This document shows positions 46,301 through 53,437 of a stretch of DNA of 64,000 nucleotides, piece after piece. Made by a program: the position numbers and the translations under genes. Source of the DNA: a virus. The stretch's first letter is position 1, and the number at the start of each line of letters is the position of its first letter. Where the stretch lies: the IMG/VR virus record IMGVR_UViG_3300033143_005712, positions 1,544 to 65,543 of that record; one strand, written 5' to 3'. The notes beneath the pieces were generated by a model. The model made no database searches. It worked only from the letters and a program-made list of their open reading frames with translations, and was not told the origin of the DNA.

Positions 46301-48948
46301 CAGGTGCAAAAGTAGGAGCTACAGTAACAGAAATTGACCCATTTGCTGTTGATAACAAAGGCAACTTAACTGTAGGAAAACTTACTGTAGATGAACTTGA
46401 GAAATCATCAGTAACTCTTGATAGAAGGAATTTCAGAATTCAGCAGGATGTACCTTTTCATGCTCTTGGAAGTGAAGAGAAAACAAGTGTGGTATCAATT
46501 GGTACTCAGTTGATGAAACTGCTCTTTGGTGACGGAGTAACAGATATTCAAGGTTTTCAATATGGAAAAGGGAAACCTAAGTCTGGAAAGGAACTTCTTA
46601 AAACATATAATGAAACTTTTGGAGAACTTACTGACCACCTCAAACAGGAACTTTATGATGAACTTGGATTAAACTCAAATGGACAACCTTTGAATCCTGA
46701 GTACTTTATGTCACAACTTTCTCTTATGTTACAAAGGGAAGCCAAGAAGAGGAATTATCCTCAACAAGATATTGATGCTCTTGAGATTATAGATGTAGGT
46801 GATAGAAAAGGTGGAATTTCAGGATTTATATTCAGGAATCCTCTTTGGATGTCTTCCAATGCAATGCGTTATGAGTCTTTACTCAATTCATTGATTACCA
46901 ATAAGTTAATAAAACTTAAGATGCCCGGTTATGCTTATGTTGCCGGGTCACAGAAAGGATTTGAGACTGCACATAAGGTAAAAGATGAAGAGACTGCTTC
47001 AAGAATAATTTATACGAAGCATTACAATTCTAAAACAGGACTTATTGCAGCTCGTAAAGGAAAGAAAGCTCAAATACTCATTCCTTCAAGGTTTAGAAAC
47101 AGCAGAGGTGAGCTGATTGACTTATTTGAAGGAACTATAGATGCTAATAATAATGAAAGAAATCAAGGTAAGTACGTCAGAAAAGTAAATGGTGTATGGC
47201 AACTTAAAGAAAAAATGATTGATGGTGAACTTCTGGATGTTACATCATTCAGAATTCCAACTTCTTCTCATGTATCTGCATCTCAAGTAGAAATTGCAGG
47301 ATTCCTTCCACCTGAAGCGGGTGACCTTATGATTGTACCTAAAGAATTTGCTGTACAAAAAGGACTTGATTATGACATTGATAAGGAATTTTCTTACAAT
47401 TTATGGCACGCAACTGATGAAAATGGAAGAATTGTTGCACTAAATGAACACATTGACATTGATAAAATAAGTTTTAAGCTTGATGAAGCCAGAGAAGAAC
47501 TCAGACAAATTAGAATTGGTGATGCAAATTTCTACGAAAAATTAAAAGAAATTGAAAATCTTCCTGAAGATGAAGTAAATAACAAACTTGAAAAAGCTCT
47601 TGCTGCTATACTTAACAGTACAAAATATAAAACTACTACAGTAGAAGATGTAGTAATTCGAATAAAAGCATTACAAAAAATAAGGAAAAAATATCTTGAG
47701 AATGAGATTGTAAGAATACACTCTGCAGTAATGGGTAGTGATAATCCTGAAGTACAACGTAGGATTAACAAGGTGCTTTCAATGGATTATGCTTCACAAC
47801 AGGCTGAAAAGCTTCAAGATGAAGATGCTGAATTCAATACACTTTTATCTGATGAATATCAGACAAAGAAGATGAACTTAGGTGCTGTTGGTCAGATGGC
47901 TATTGGGGTCTATTCTAACTTTGTAGTATTCAATTCACTTCTCCAACAGTCTTCATCTAACATTTCAATCAATGTTGGTGATGCCGGACTTACAATAGGA
48001 AATTATAAGTCTGATGGTAAACTAGGAAGATATACCAATATCTTGTCTTCAAATACTAGCAAAATAATTGTAGATATTATCAATTCCAAAAAAGGTCTGC
48101 AAGAAACCAAAACTGCTCAAATTGAAAAACTCAAAGAAGGTTCTCTTACTTATTATGAAATTAGTGAAATAGTAAAAGACACTAAGATATTCATAGATGA
48201 GGAGGGAAATCGTACAAGTGAAAAAGAAGGTGGTATTGAAATAAATATTATGGATGACATAAGAACTACCTCTGAAGCATTTGCAGAACGTCAGAATACA
48301 GCTACTGACAATGAGAAAGAACAAATCTTGGGCCGGGTAGGTGTGAACTCTGGAACTATCAATGTAGATAGCATTCTTACTTTACTTGGATTTGATAAGG
48401 GTGAATATGTAAAAGATGCTAATGGAGAGTTAGTTTTAGATAAAGCTCGCAAACCTATAAGGATGTCCATATCATATCTGTTAATTTCTCAACCTATTGT
48501 AAAAGAGTATATTAAGCGTAAACAGAATAGAACTGCGAAAATCAATAAAATTTTTCCGACAAATGAAGAAATGCTTGCTGAACTTATTGATGAATTTGGC
48601 GGAATGGATTCTTTGAAGACAGATGATATATTGACTACTCAAAATATGTATGATGCTGCTAAAAACGGTGTTGATAATGGTATTCAACTTAATGCTTTAT
48701 TTATGTTCTTAAGAATTCAGGAATATAGTATGAGTTTAAGTGCTACGCAACAACTAGTAGGTATTATGAAGAATGGTCTTGATAAATCTCTGTTTAATAC
48801 AACATATTTGTATGAACTATTAAGTAATATAGCCTTCGATGAGAATTTTGAGAACATTACAGATATTATTGGAGATTTTAAATTTGGTGACCAAAGTAGG
48901 AGATGTATTTATAAGACCTACAACTATGATGGGCCATCTTATTGTTAA
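37327..48948 (+). CDS. Giant virion-packaged RNA polymerase, two-barrel type (3873 aa)
   Basis: FRIPTS...KGLDYDIDK catalytic loop (DYDID at 47368-47382, matching crAss-like DFDID), upstream MKPVY...IKTS.YPL motif, size and position. Confidence 0.9.
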   Translation: MKNKDKDPTLKNTDGAIPMNEQEVNAFIASKKPMIMRGKRSEEIPPAEVSMKPMIDSRIMTNDYMSIPMDKRVPKFDPKVLEQLKGSFDESKSAYNELLWNKAEAEAKAKTNDSGNWYDAYSKVIKEGDAFDWLSVPQWAIAHIETLDVIGSRTAAKVFGGEEEDYGIPEKVFNVAKKFASAEANIKAIITGDIARILDVADWRVTNIIPTKQSAYAFYRDVIGTLKRHGENLEATEFMQNLNESLYEYLDETPQKVIPWSDKKWEQYNAETQRIREKGEATDFYGYLKKMDKAFEWLDDWIGDEETSNWFTDLTDASQSSRTTRTDLVTEFALDNDVPYWSMDGANWTINNGVNTQTSLTAFAIEGMIPGGLFAKMKTIPMLVRGAKTAKEAQNMIRVGNVILNNKFTRGLSSFSKNTLVPTMKTGISGAVPAGSEVGQIGRDVERQAKLIYAEKYGGELWKQHWERQQQIYFRQAQREGNEKEVMSRMQQYEVEEVERFFVEVLKDKETYNKIVKQSAHAARIAIKGNSPMYFMNFPFGMALNNMSAFAKRMRVGYKNLAGGSISTRAASVKNLSVGKTMKVLGLEMASESLIEEGWINPWGEWRGIAYAKGETLTGDKFSDRLWEGELLESMLWGAAGALMMGAPQAVSYRSNKKAYKHYMEKYNEYVESLPEDAKKALFNIITSNSSTFKQAQLEQEIKEGNAAGQDTRALNALILRSQALTAFKTGMTEQLLDIYQQIANTSENVDEKQAAQDIIAEILELEKVYIDTQKWEDNLAVFDIVADIKANSKVALQNDMIIEAELKAAAVEQLEAGKKAFENADYYFEEDGTLKFTGKDADAFRDRMLVKPKVKHVSNYNKAILSNADITQELIDSENQLKDVTSDQYQRDVRVAKKVEQKVAKNFPDLFSSETGNEFRQKMSAIFKGEKLSKKREAILYKKYKNMYNGFKKSRQQNSMAPKGYVPIVSKNKLIHRQTQNIAKKFTRNRKADKNVDEDAAPIKVTPDDENYAKAEVNKWINNRKSAGDTNLTFDRMIRDYLGLDEKQLTENELDSRKEDTEAMFDMLEYGWSKGGHGETNGKEVYQEHFVEEFSTENSLQRFRNRIKGRTVKAEPKETTPVKQEKEDEITEEESDIIDEETKQETKEAIEAGEIVNEEKEEAEETVNSLGRYITLKFKAYKSAPISLMTGIRKIKIFRVKDSNIDGVRLFNVKKFKKGVRLALKITTESDYNIPIVYRINGEEQKFEKTSKSDYGGFFENKYGRITHFRYKNITVEIEGEGFKFSQVPTEVGPDGRLQDAVEYKSYDHREPGTVLNDEKNPNTRHHQHKVTDDFFVVNDGDFSALNNPNVHEVRVKRIINNPSKEGGKSYIELTIVDKDGKEGKLRKVEVENDREQNVPMGAADESDGAMVAWIDTYQTLLLDDTHDEAAIRAAQKNTIAFRKDVVNGKKKTAAIHANAPIGNPRFDEMTESTSIAEQDPTAILGQRIRGVIRIGTEVFENKKRKIVNKDEILNENVDAKSLPIDIRFIGINENGVELYAAFFAHGLEKGAKQDSVGSGNILWVLRAYITKFDTEGKLNHIISPKTRKAITEKLHTITSGYPISDFRGVKEYLNNFTIMDVPSDVKLDKKMNKTKFMTYVNSSKIAPGQPVLMMNGPVIFYAIKGEGIPTGGVNEDGSPKTTKMISIYLSESNFNAKELETLLTSIETKASSFKKSFNSEYSRKEGKIATFEKNGIINEMDYTEHQRNNLTTNIKAFEETSGGETFYVTATNTSVSIDTNQEGTAQAVAQTPSKKEEIIGLQMETLSEELPESKTTEEAIEDNKTPDEIKLLIEIRRALGLLGSKKINKLFATIDLSEDFSLIKEALNTPAFFHTVPGVNPLQKEQIVLTVVNAIINSGKSLTKENIQEMINNGFVNQIVEGKSKFQSLIDKLDALIESGSEIESLVEISQELKDSMKIFDTVEKNWKKFEDDIRVQLYKYAGLDENQAISELENHHEGQDRIFDKESTELVSKNTLPEEMKKFFAGIENCYTDGTVIQGFLGVPTYVPFDVAINIVTRIIGSNPKAGMTFEDVIKILGREKEAVPFLGNVISKLSDPKIMTEQIKNRFMTHMVKHNMTMQYVQYKYDRKSKRYELRVFDTNSSQVEKVIFREWMNGVKASKLVRVDEDSRDSMINKDEAQTLHTEFREMVESINKDNKTNQFVKWLTKNLAGKDYTKQEILKILTQTKKSAFTEQVSEAIDRNLDENKTFSKTELIEWLPTSEFSNERLINWLAKFNIVLSNRTIESLKVNGYVDHKGQEVNFTSMFEESSKSSGVFGGIAYKLSEYINTSEGRKINITEDPQMHPFRSIETSLKSLAKEEGRFSSRAVTISFRDAGKSYSGFVPPKFATDRIDELKEDTDTRKNLQKDPYSSNSMLLKLLTGDYGTEIQELLRVVHIGGSAMRKAGESNPTGNKNAIINLADGDQEITRQGFFQDTRQGKISVSNTYNGLKLRIANMFFPTMSDKKQILTMTMPVLDLTSKEIGYKNNEVQANDAVKEALFQQLVVPELKRIIAFHRGGGQENNIEGVDLASQVFLMIPQLNELKIGNRRLIEVLVSLQDKEIAKTMKDDVITDDIKDEAIKIIMKVVTKEVNNKIQNWKDSGIITEKGNPEMLNDEYFNPDDGERRFVDNKSELAATDFVINSLISYSNMFQTVGGDIAYYSQDKAFDKFPVDVETIKRFKEIDEIEYGAVIEQIETLYNTGIINKIAYKHLKETVKPLPYMGDNKQAYIDLTKNIGTNLGKRLALMLAPGLKPYGLDTNYRQLFLKDSVDIADNMEYIVELHYGEDGVKRFNEIMAMDTTEENKEGFIKEEFPTISAFFAVDSTDAQEYTTAKEHLDILFALGRISEQEHKDFTAKAEDQYRNGVTKRNKLEDKELRVIFQPMKPVYTGSHFDGQKMRMMYIKTSAYPLLPQVTAGTALEDLRKVMDEVQYGKELGGMNVRATYKTGAKVGATVTEIDPFAVDNKGNLTVGKLTVDELEKSSVTLDRRNFRIQQDVPFHALGSEEKTSVVSIGTQLMKLLFGDGVTDIQGFQYGKGKPKSGKELLKTYNETFGELTDHLKQELYDELGLNSNGQPLNPEYFMSQLSLMLQREAKKRNYPQQDIDALEIIDVGDRKGGISGFIFRNPLWMSSNAMRYESLLNSLITNKLIKLKMPGYAYVAGSQKGFETAHKVKDEETASRIIYTKHYNSKTGLIAARKGKKAQILIPSRFRNSRGELIDLFEGTIDANNNERNQGKYVRKVNGVWQLKEKMIDGELLDVTSFRIPTSSHVSASQVEIAGFLPPEAGDLMIVPKEFAVQKGLDYDIDKEFSYNLWHATDENGRIVALNEHIDIDKISFKLDEAREELRQIRIGDANFYEKLKEIENLPEDEVNNKLEKALAAILNSTKYKTTTVEDVVIRIKALQKIRKKYLENEIVRIHSAVMGSDNPEVQRRINKVLSMDYASQQAEKLQDEDAEFNTLLSDEYQTKKMNLGAVGQMAIGVYSNFVVFNSLLQQSSSNISINVGDAGLTIGNYKSDGKLGRYTNILSSNTSKIIVDIINSKKGLQETKTAQIEKLKEGSLTYYEISEIVKDTKIFIDEEGNRTSEKEGGIEINIMDDIRTTSEAFAERQNTATDNEKEQILGRVGVNSGTINVDSILTLLGFDKGEYVKDANGELVLDKARKPIRMSISYLLISQPIVKEYIKRKQNRTAKINKIFPTNEEMLAELIDEFGGMDSLKTDDILTTQNMYDAAKNGVDNGIQLNALFMFLRIQEYSMSLSATQQLVGIMKNGLDKSLFNTTYLYELLSNIAFDENFENITDIIGDFKFGDQSRRCIYKTYNYDGPSYC

Positions 48949-51900
48949 AGGTATTACAACAGGACATGCTCTTTCTCTTGAAACAAACAATATAGGACAA
49001 CCATTATTTCCTTATACTAATGATAGTGTAGAGCATGTAATGAATGAAATAATGAGAATGACCAAAGCAACTCAATATGGTAAGAATGAAGCTGTTGAGT
49101 TCAAAAATACTATGATGAAAGGTATTCGCAAGTTTATCAATAGTGGTCAGGAAAGTACTATTATAAATGGAAATACTGAAGGACAACGTAAAAGACTGTT
49201 TTTGGAACATGATGATGCTCCTTCACTAGCATCTTACCTGTTGGGTCTGAAGACAGCAAAAAACAATGTGATAACAACTAATTATTTATTGAATGATATG
49301 CTTCAATATATACCATCAAATAATGATGGTATATCAACCATATTCTTTGATAACAGTGCTGATAATGCTTTTAACGAAAAGAATGTTTATGTAGCATTCG
49401 AAAATTTGATAGCAGACCCTCAAGCTCTTCCTGATAATAAAGCAATATCGGATGAATCTATTCTTCCTAATGAACAGGGTGACTTGTATATGGAACAACA
49501 ATTTGCTTTAACTTCTCATGAGATTCAATCAATGGAAAGCTTTGACAAACAAGTTATTGTCACAGCTAATAACATGGGGATGAATAAAGGTGAAACAAAG
49601 CTTTTCAAGACAAAAGATAATAATTCAAGAGGTGACCGGTATAAAGTTACTTATTTGGGCAAGATGACCAAGAATAACTATGAAGGAAACTTTGTATTGG
49701 ATAGTGGACAACCAAGAACCAAATGGACTCAACAGACTGAAGAGTTTGATGCAGGACAAGAAAAATCTATATTCAGAATTGAACCTATTTATACAACTGT
49801 AGATTTAGCTGAAGACCTCACATCTTATTCATTTCTTTCAGGAGGTGTACAAGGGCCAATTGAATTTGGAAAATATATTCCTTTAAGAATGCTTGAAGAG
49901 ATGGGATACACAGATAATATGAAGAATATTGACATTACAGATGGAGTAGTAATGGCAAAACTATTAGGAATGACTGCAGGTATAAGTAATTTTGCTATTC
50001 AGTTTTTTCAACATAATCCTGATACTCTTCCTTCTTTTACAAGAAAAAAGCTTAATCTTGAACAATATAAAGTAGGCAAACTCAACAATATACCTGAAGA
50101 ATTAGTACCTAAGATTGAAAATGCAGATGGAACTAAGACTCCTCATGCTATGTTTACTATAAAGAATACAGTAGAAAACAATTTTAATGTATATATTTAT
50201 GGTGAGTATTCAGATAACAAAAATGTTATCAGAAAAGGTTATATCAGATTACCACAAGTAGGTGTTCACGGAATGAGTGAGTATGACATTAAGAAAGTTA
50301 ATGTAAACAGTATCTTGAACAGTAAAGTAAAGCCAGCTCAAGTAACTTCTATTCAGCCAGAATCAACTGAATCTACAGATGCTTATGGTATATTATCAAA
50401 TAGTCCCAAAACTACACTTCAGTCTATTGCTACCAGAGATGATTCATTAGGTGAACTTGCTAAAGTTCTGATTCCTATTAATGATAAAGGATTGACAATA
50501 GGTGTTGATAAACTTATAGGTGAAGATGGTAAATACAATCCTACACAACATCATGCTACAATCTCTACAAATGTTGTACTCGGAGAAGATAGAAACAGAC
50601 AAGCAGAAGTATTTTTGCATGAGTATATTCATGGTCTTACATCAAAGGAGTTTAACGAATATTTTGACCATGAAGGAAACTTCAAATCGGGTATAACCAT
50701 TAATGATGTTCCTCAGCATATCAAAGATGTTTACAATATGTTTTTAGATGCCAAAGATGTCTTTGGAATTACTGATGAGAAACTAGCTCAGGTGAGAACA
50801 AAGAAGGCAGAAGAAGGAGTTTTGAATCCAGAAGAAATCTTTATTTATGGTTTCTCAAATGTTAAAGAATTTGTTACAGCTACTATGACTGAACCAACTT
50901 TCAGAGAAAGGCTGCAACAGCAGAAATATAAAGACTCAAACTTCTTTGATAAGTTTACCAAGATAATCAAAGATATGCTTAAAGCTCTCAATCCTAATGC
51001 TGAGAATACAATGTTAGATGCTGTAAGCGGAGTTATCCTGAATATGGTTATAGCAGATGTTGTTCAGGTTGAGCCAAAACAGGAAGAAACATCAGTAAAC
51101 ACAATGCTTAATAATATTTTTGATTATGTGGATGAGGATACTGGAGAGGTATATAGTGTAGAAGGAGAACAAGCAACTATCAGGATGCAACCTGATAATG
51201 TTACTAAGATAAAGGCTGGCACAAAGACCACTACTATAAGGAGTAAAAAAGAAGCTGATAAAATTGGTATTCCAGTAGGAGAAACTAAAGTTGTTGTATT
51301 CGAAGATGTACCATTTACTGTAACCAATAGAGGAGAACTCACAATTGAAGAAGCAGGAGGTGTTGAAGCAATGATTGCATCTGAAGATGTAGGCTCTGTT
51401 GAGAATTTCAAATTTGCTCAAACTAAAAATTGGATAAATGGAAAAGGAAAACTCTTTGTATATGATATCAGTCCTATAGCGGAAACTGAAAGTGAAAAAG
51501 AAGTTGTACGATATGTTAATACTGATACGGGGGAAATCACCTCAACTCCACCAACTAAGCCAGAACCAACTCCTGTGCCCAAAATAGTAGAACCGCCTAC
51601 AGGTAAAAAAGAATTTACTTACAAAGGAGATACTATTGAAACAGAATTTCCATTGGGAAAAGAGCAAAAAGATGCTTTGATAACATTACTTTCTTTTGTA
51701 GAAGGTAATGCTACAGATAATAAAGTTGTTAAACAAGCTCTTGCTCAAAATGTAATTACTCTCCAAGGTAGTGCCGGTACAGGAAAAACTACTATTATTG
51801 GATATTTGCAGAAAATGTTGGAAAAAAGAGGCACATCTCATCTTATACCAACTTATGTTGCACCTACTCACTTTGCTACAGTACAACTTGGAATGGCAAC

Positions 51901-53437
51901 TTTAAAACTTGGAAATAAACACCTTCCTTCTACAGTTAAAAGTACAGTATTTGCAATTGATAAAAGAGACGCTCAAGGAAGAAGAATTGGTGATGAAAAA
52001 GAATGGTTGTTTAGTGCTAAAATAAATAAGAGAATAGGAAAATATGGAGCACCTTTAATGATTGTTGATGAAGCCTCAATGTTAAGCAAAGAGGAAATTG
52101 ATGGATTACAAGCAGCAGTTGAAAATAGAGGTGGAAAACTAATTCTTATGGGTGATATTGCACAAATTCCTGTTGTAGATACAAGAAAAGGTATTACGGA
52201 AAAAAATGTTTCTCCTGCTTTTGAGTTATCTAAATTTGTTCTTGATAAAGTATATCGTCAATCAGAAGGGCCACTTTTAGATTTACTTACAAAAATCAGA
52301 ACCAACATTGATTATAAAAGTTACAAGACACCAAAACATGAATCTATTCGAATAGTTCCAACAAAAGAATTTGTATCATCCTTAATGAAAGACCTAAAAG
52401 AAAATGCTGAAGAAACAGTTATTATTGACTACACTAACAAAGGTGTAAAAGCATCTAATGCTTCAGCAAGACAATTGCTTGGATTTTCAGGCGAACCGAA
52501 AGTTGGAGAACAAGTAATTGGTTATGGTGGAAACAATACTAAACAAATTGAAGATGGTGACATTGCAAACAGCGTTAAATATGAAATAACAGAAATAAAA
52601 AAAGATGACAGTGGAATAATTCATATTAAGGGAAAATCTAGTGTTCTTGGTAAAATGGCTGAAAAATATGAAGGTGTATCTGAAGAGGCTGAAGGAAAAT
52701 ATATGCAACTGTCTTTAGATGATTCACTTGGATTTGACCTGACTGAAAAACAAATGGAAAACAATAACAGACTTCTTTCTGATATTTTTAAAGATATTGT
52801 AAATACTGTAAATGAAATTAGTGTAGCAACAGCAGCAAGAGATTGGGGACTAAAAAAACAATTAACAAATGTACTTGAAGGACATGAAAGAAGTCTTGGT
52901 TCATATGACGTTGGTGACAATTATATGTATGACATACAGAATGACAGAGTTGTAAAAAAAGATAAGAATATAATAGCACGTACACCAAAGAACTTACATG
53001 GAAAAGTGGTATTGAATAAAGGAATTGATTATGGATATGCTATTACAATTCATAAAAGTCAAGGGTTGACTGTAGAAAATGTATATTTTAATATGGAAAG
53101 TTTGAATAGAGTACCAGATTTGAAAATAATGCTTGATGGTAAACAAATAAATTCAGAGAAGAATACACTATATTATGTTGCAATGTCAAGAGCTTCAAAA
53201 AAAGTTGTAATTAATGAAAATGAAGCTTCATTTACAGATACATTTATCAGTGAAAAGAAGCCTGCATCATTTACCCCAATGCACCCTTCAGAAGGTGATT
53301 TAACAGGAACTAATCCGCCTGATTTATCTCCTGCTAAAAGACAAGAAATACTCAACAACGAATATCAGTATCTTGTTGATGATATTAATGATACCTTTGG
53401 TAATACAAATATTAACAATCTTAAATGTAGAAAATGA
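48839..53437 (+). CDS. RNAP C-terminal continuation: zincin protease + ASCH domain + Dda/RecD-like SF1 helicase
   Basis: HEYIH at 50618-50632; IKAGTKTTTIRS ASCH motif at ~51210; GSAGTGKT (51767-51790), IVDEASML, LMGDIAQIP, VYRQ, YAITIHKSQG, YVAMSRA. True start uncertain (frameshift, or ATG at 48926). Confidence 0.85.
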   Translation: MRILRTLQILLEILNLVTKVGDVFIRPTTMMGHLIVKGITTGHALSLETNNIGQPLFPYTNDSVEHVMNEIMRMTKATQYGKNEAVEFKNTMMKGIRKFINSGQESTIINGNTEGQRKRLFLEHDDAPSLASYLLGLKTAKNNVITTNYLLNDMLQYIPSNNDGISTIFFDNSADNAFNEKNVYVAFENLIADPQALPDNKAISDESILPNEQGDLYMEQQFALTSHEIQSMESFDKQVIVTANNMGMNKGETKLFKTKDNNSRGDRYKVTYLGKMTKNNYEGNFVLDSGQPRTKWTQQTEEFDAGQEKSIFRIEPIYTTVDLAEDLTSYSFLSGGVQGPIEFGKYIPLRMLEEMGYTDNMKNIDITDGVVMAKLLGMTAGISNFAIQFFQHNPDTLPSFTRKKLNLEQYKVGKLNNIPEELVPKIENADGTKTPHAMFTIKNTVENNFNVYIYGEYSDNKNVIRKGYIRLPQVGVHGMSEYDIKKVNVNSILNSKVKPAQVTSIQPESTESTDAYGILSNSPKTTLQSIATRDDSLGELAKVLIPINDKGLTIGVDKLIGEDGKYNPTQHHATISTNVVLGEDRNRQAEVFLHEYIHGLTSKEFNEYFDHEGNFKSGITINDVPQHIKDVYNMFLDAKDVFGITDEKLAQVRTKKAEEGVLNPEEIFIYGFSNVKEFVTATMTEPTFRERLQQQKYKDSNFFDKFTKIIKDMLKALNPNAENTMLDAVSGVILNMVIADVVQVEPKQEETSVNTMLNNIFDYVDEDTGEVYSVEGEQATIRMQPDNVTKIKAGTKTTTIRSKKEADKIGIPVGETKVVVFEDVPFTVTNRGELTIEEAGGVEAMIASEDVGSVENFKFAQTKNWINGKGKLFVYDISPIAETESEKEVVRYVNTDTGEITSTPPTKPEPTPVPKIVEPPTGKKEFTYKGDTIETEFPLGKEQKDALITLLSFVEGNATDNKVVKQALAQNVITLQGSAGTGKTTIIGYLQKMLEKRGTSHLIPTYVAPTHFATVQLGMATLKLGNKHLPSTVKSTVFAIDKRDAQGRRIGDEKEWLFSAKINKRIGKYGAPLMIVDEASMLSKEEIDGLQAAVENRGGKLILMGDIAQIPVVDTRKGITEKNVSPAFELSKFVLDKVYRQSEGPLLDLLTKIRTNIDYKSYKTPKHESIRIVPTKEFVSSLMKDLKENAEETVIIDYTNKGVKASNASARQLLGFSGEPKVGEQVIGYGGNNTKQIEDGDIANSVKYEITEIKKDDSGIIHIKGKSSVLGKMAEKYEGVSEEAEGKYMQLSLDDSLGFDLTEKQMENNNRLLSDIFKDIVNTVNEISVATAARDWGLKKQLTNVLEGHERSLGSYDVGDNYMYDIQNDRVVKKDKNIIARTPKNLHGKVVLNKGIDYGYAITIHKSQGLTVENVYFNMESLNRVPDLKIMLDGKQINSEKNTLYYVAMSRASKKVVINENEASFTDTFISEKKPASFTPMHPSEGDLTGTNPPDLSPAKRQEILNNEYQYLVDDINDTFGNTNINNLKCRK

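Noticed and set aside
48870-48890. Classical -1 slippery heptamer T TTA AAT
   Set aside because: It is phased to the downstream frame; joining ORF1 to ORF2 needs +1 (or -2), so it does not explain the break.
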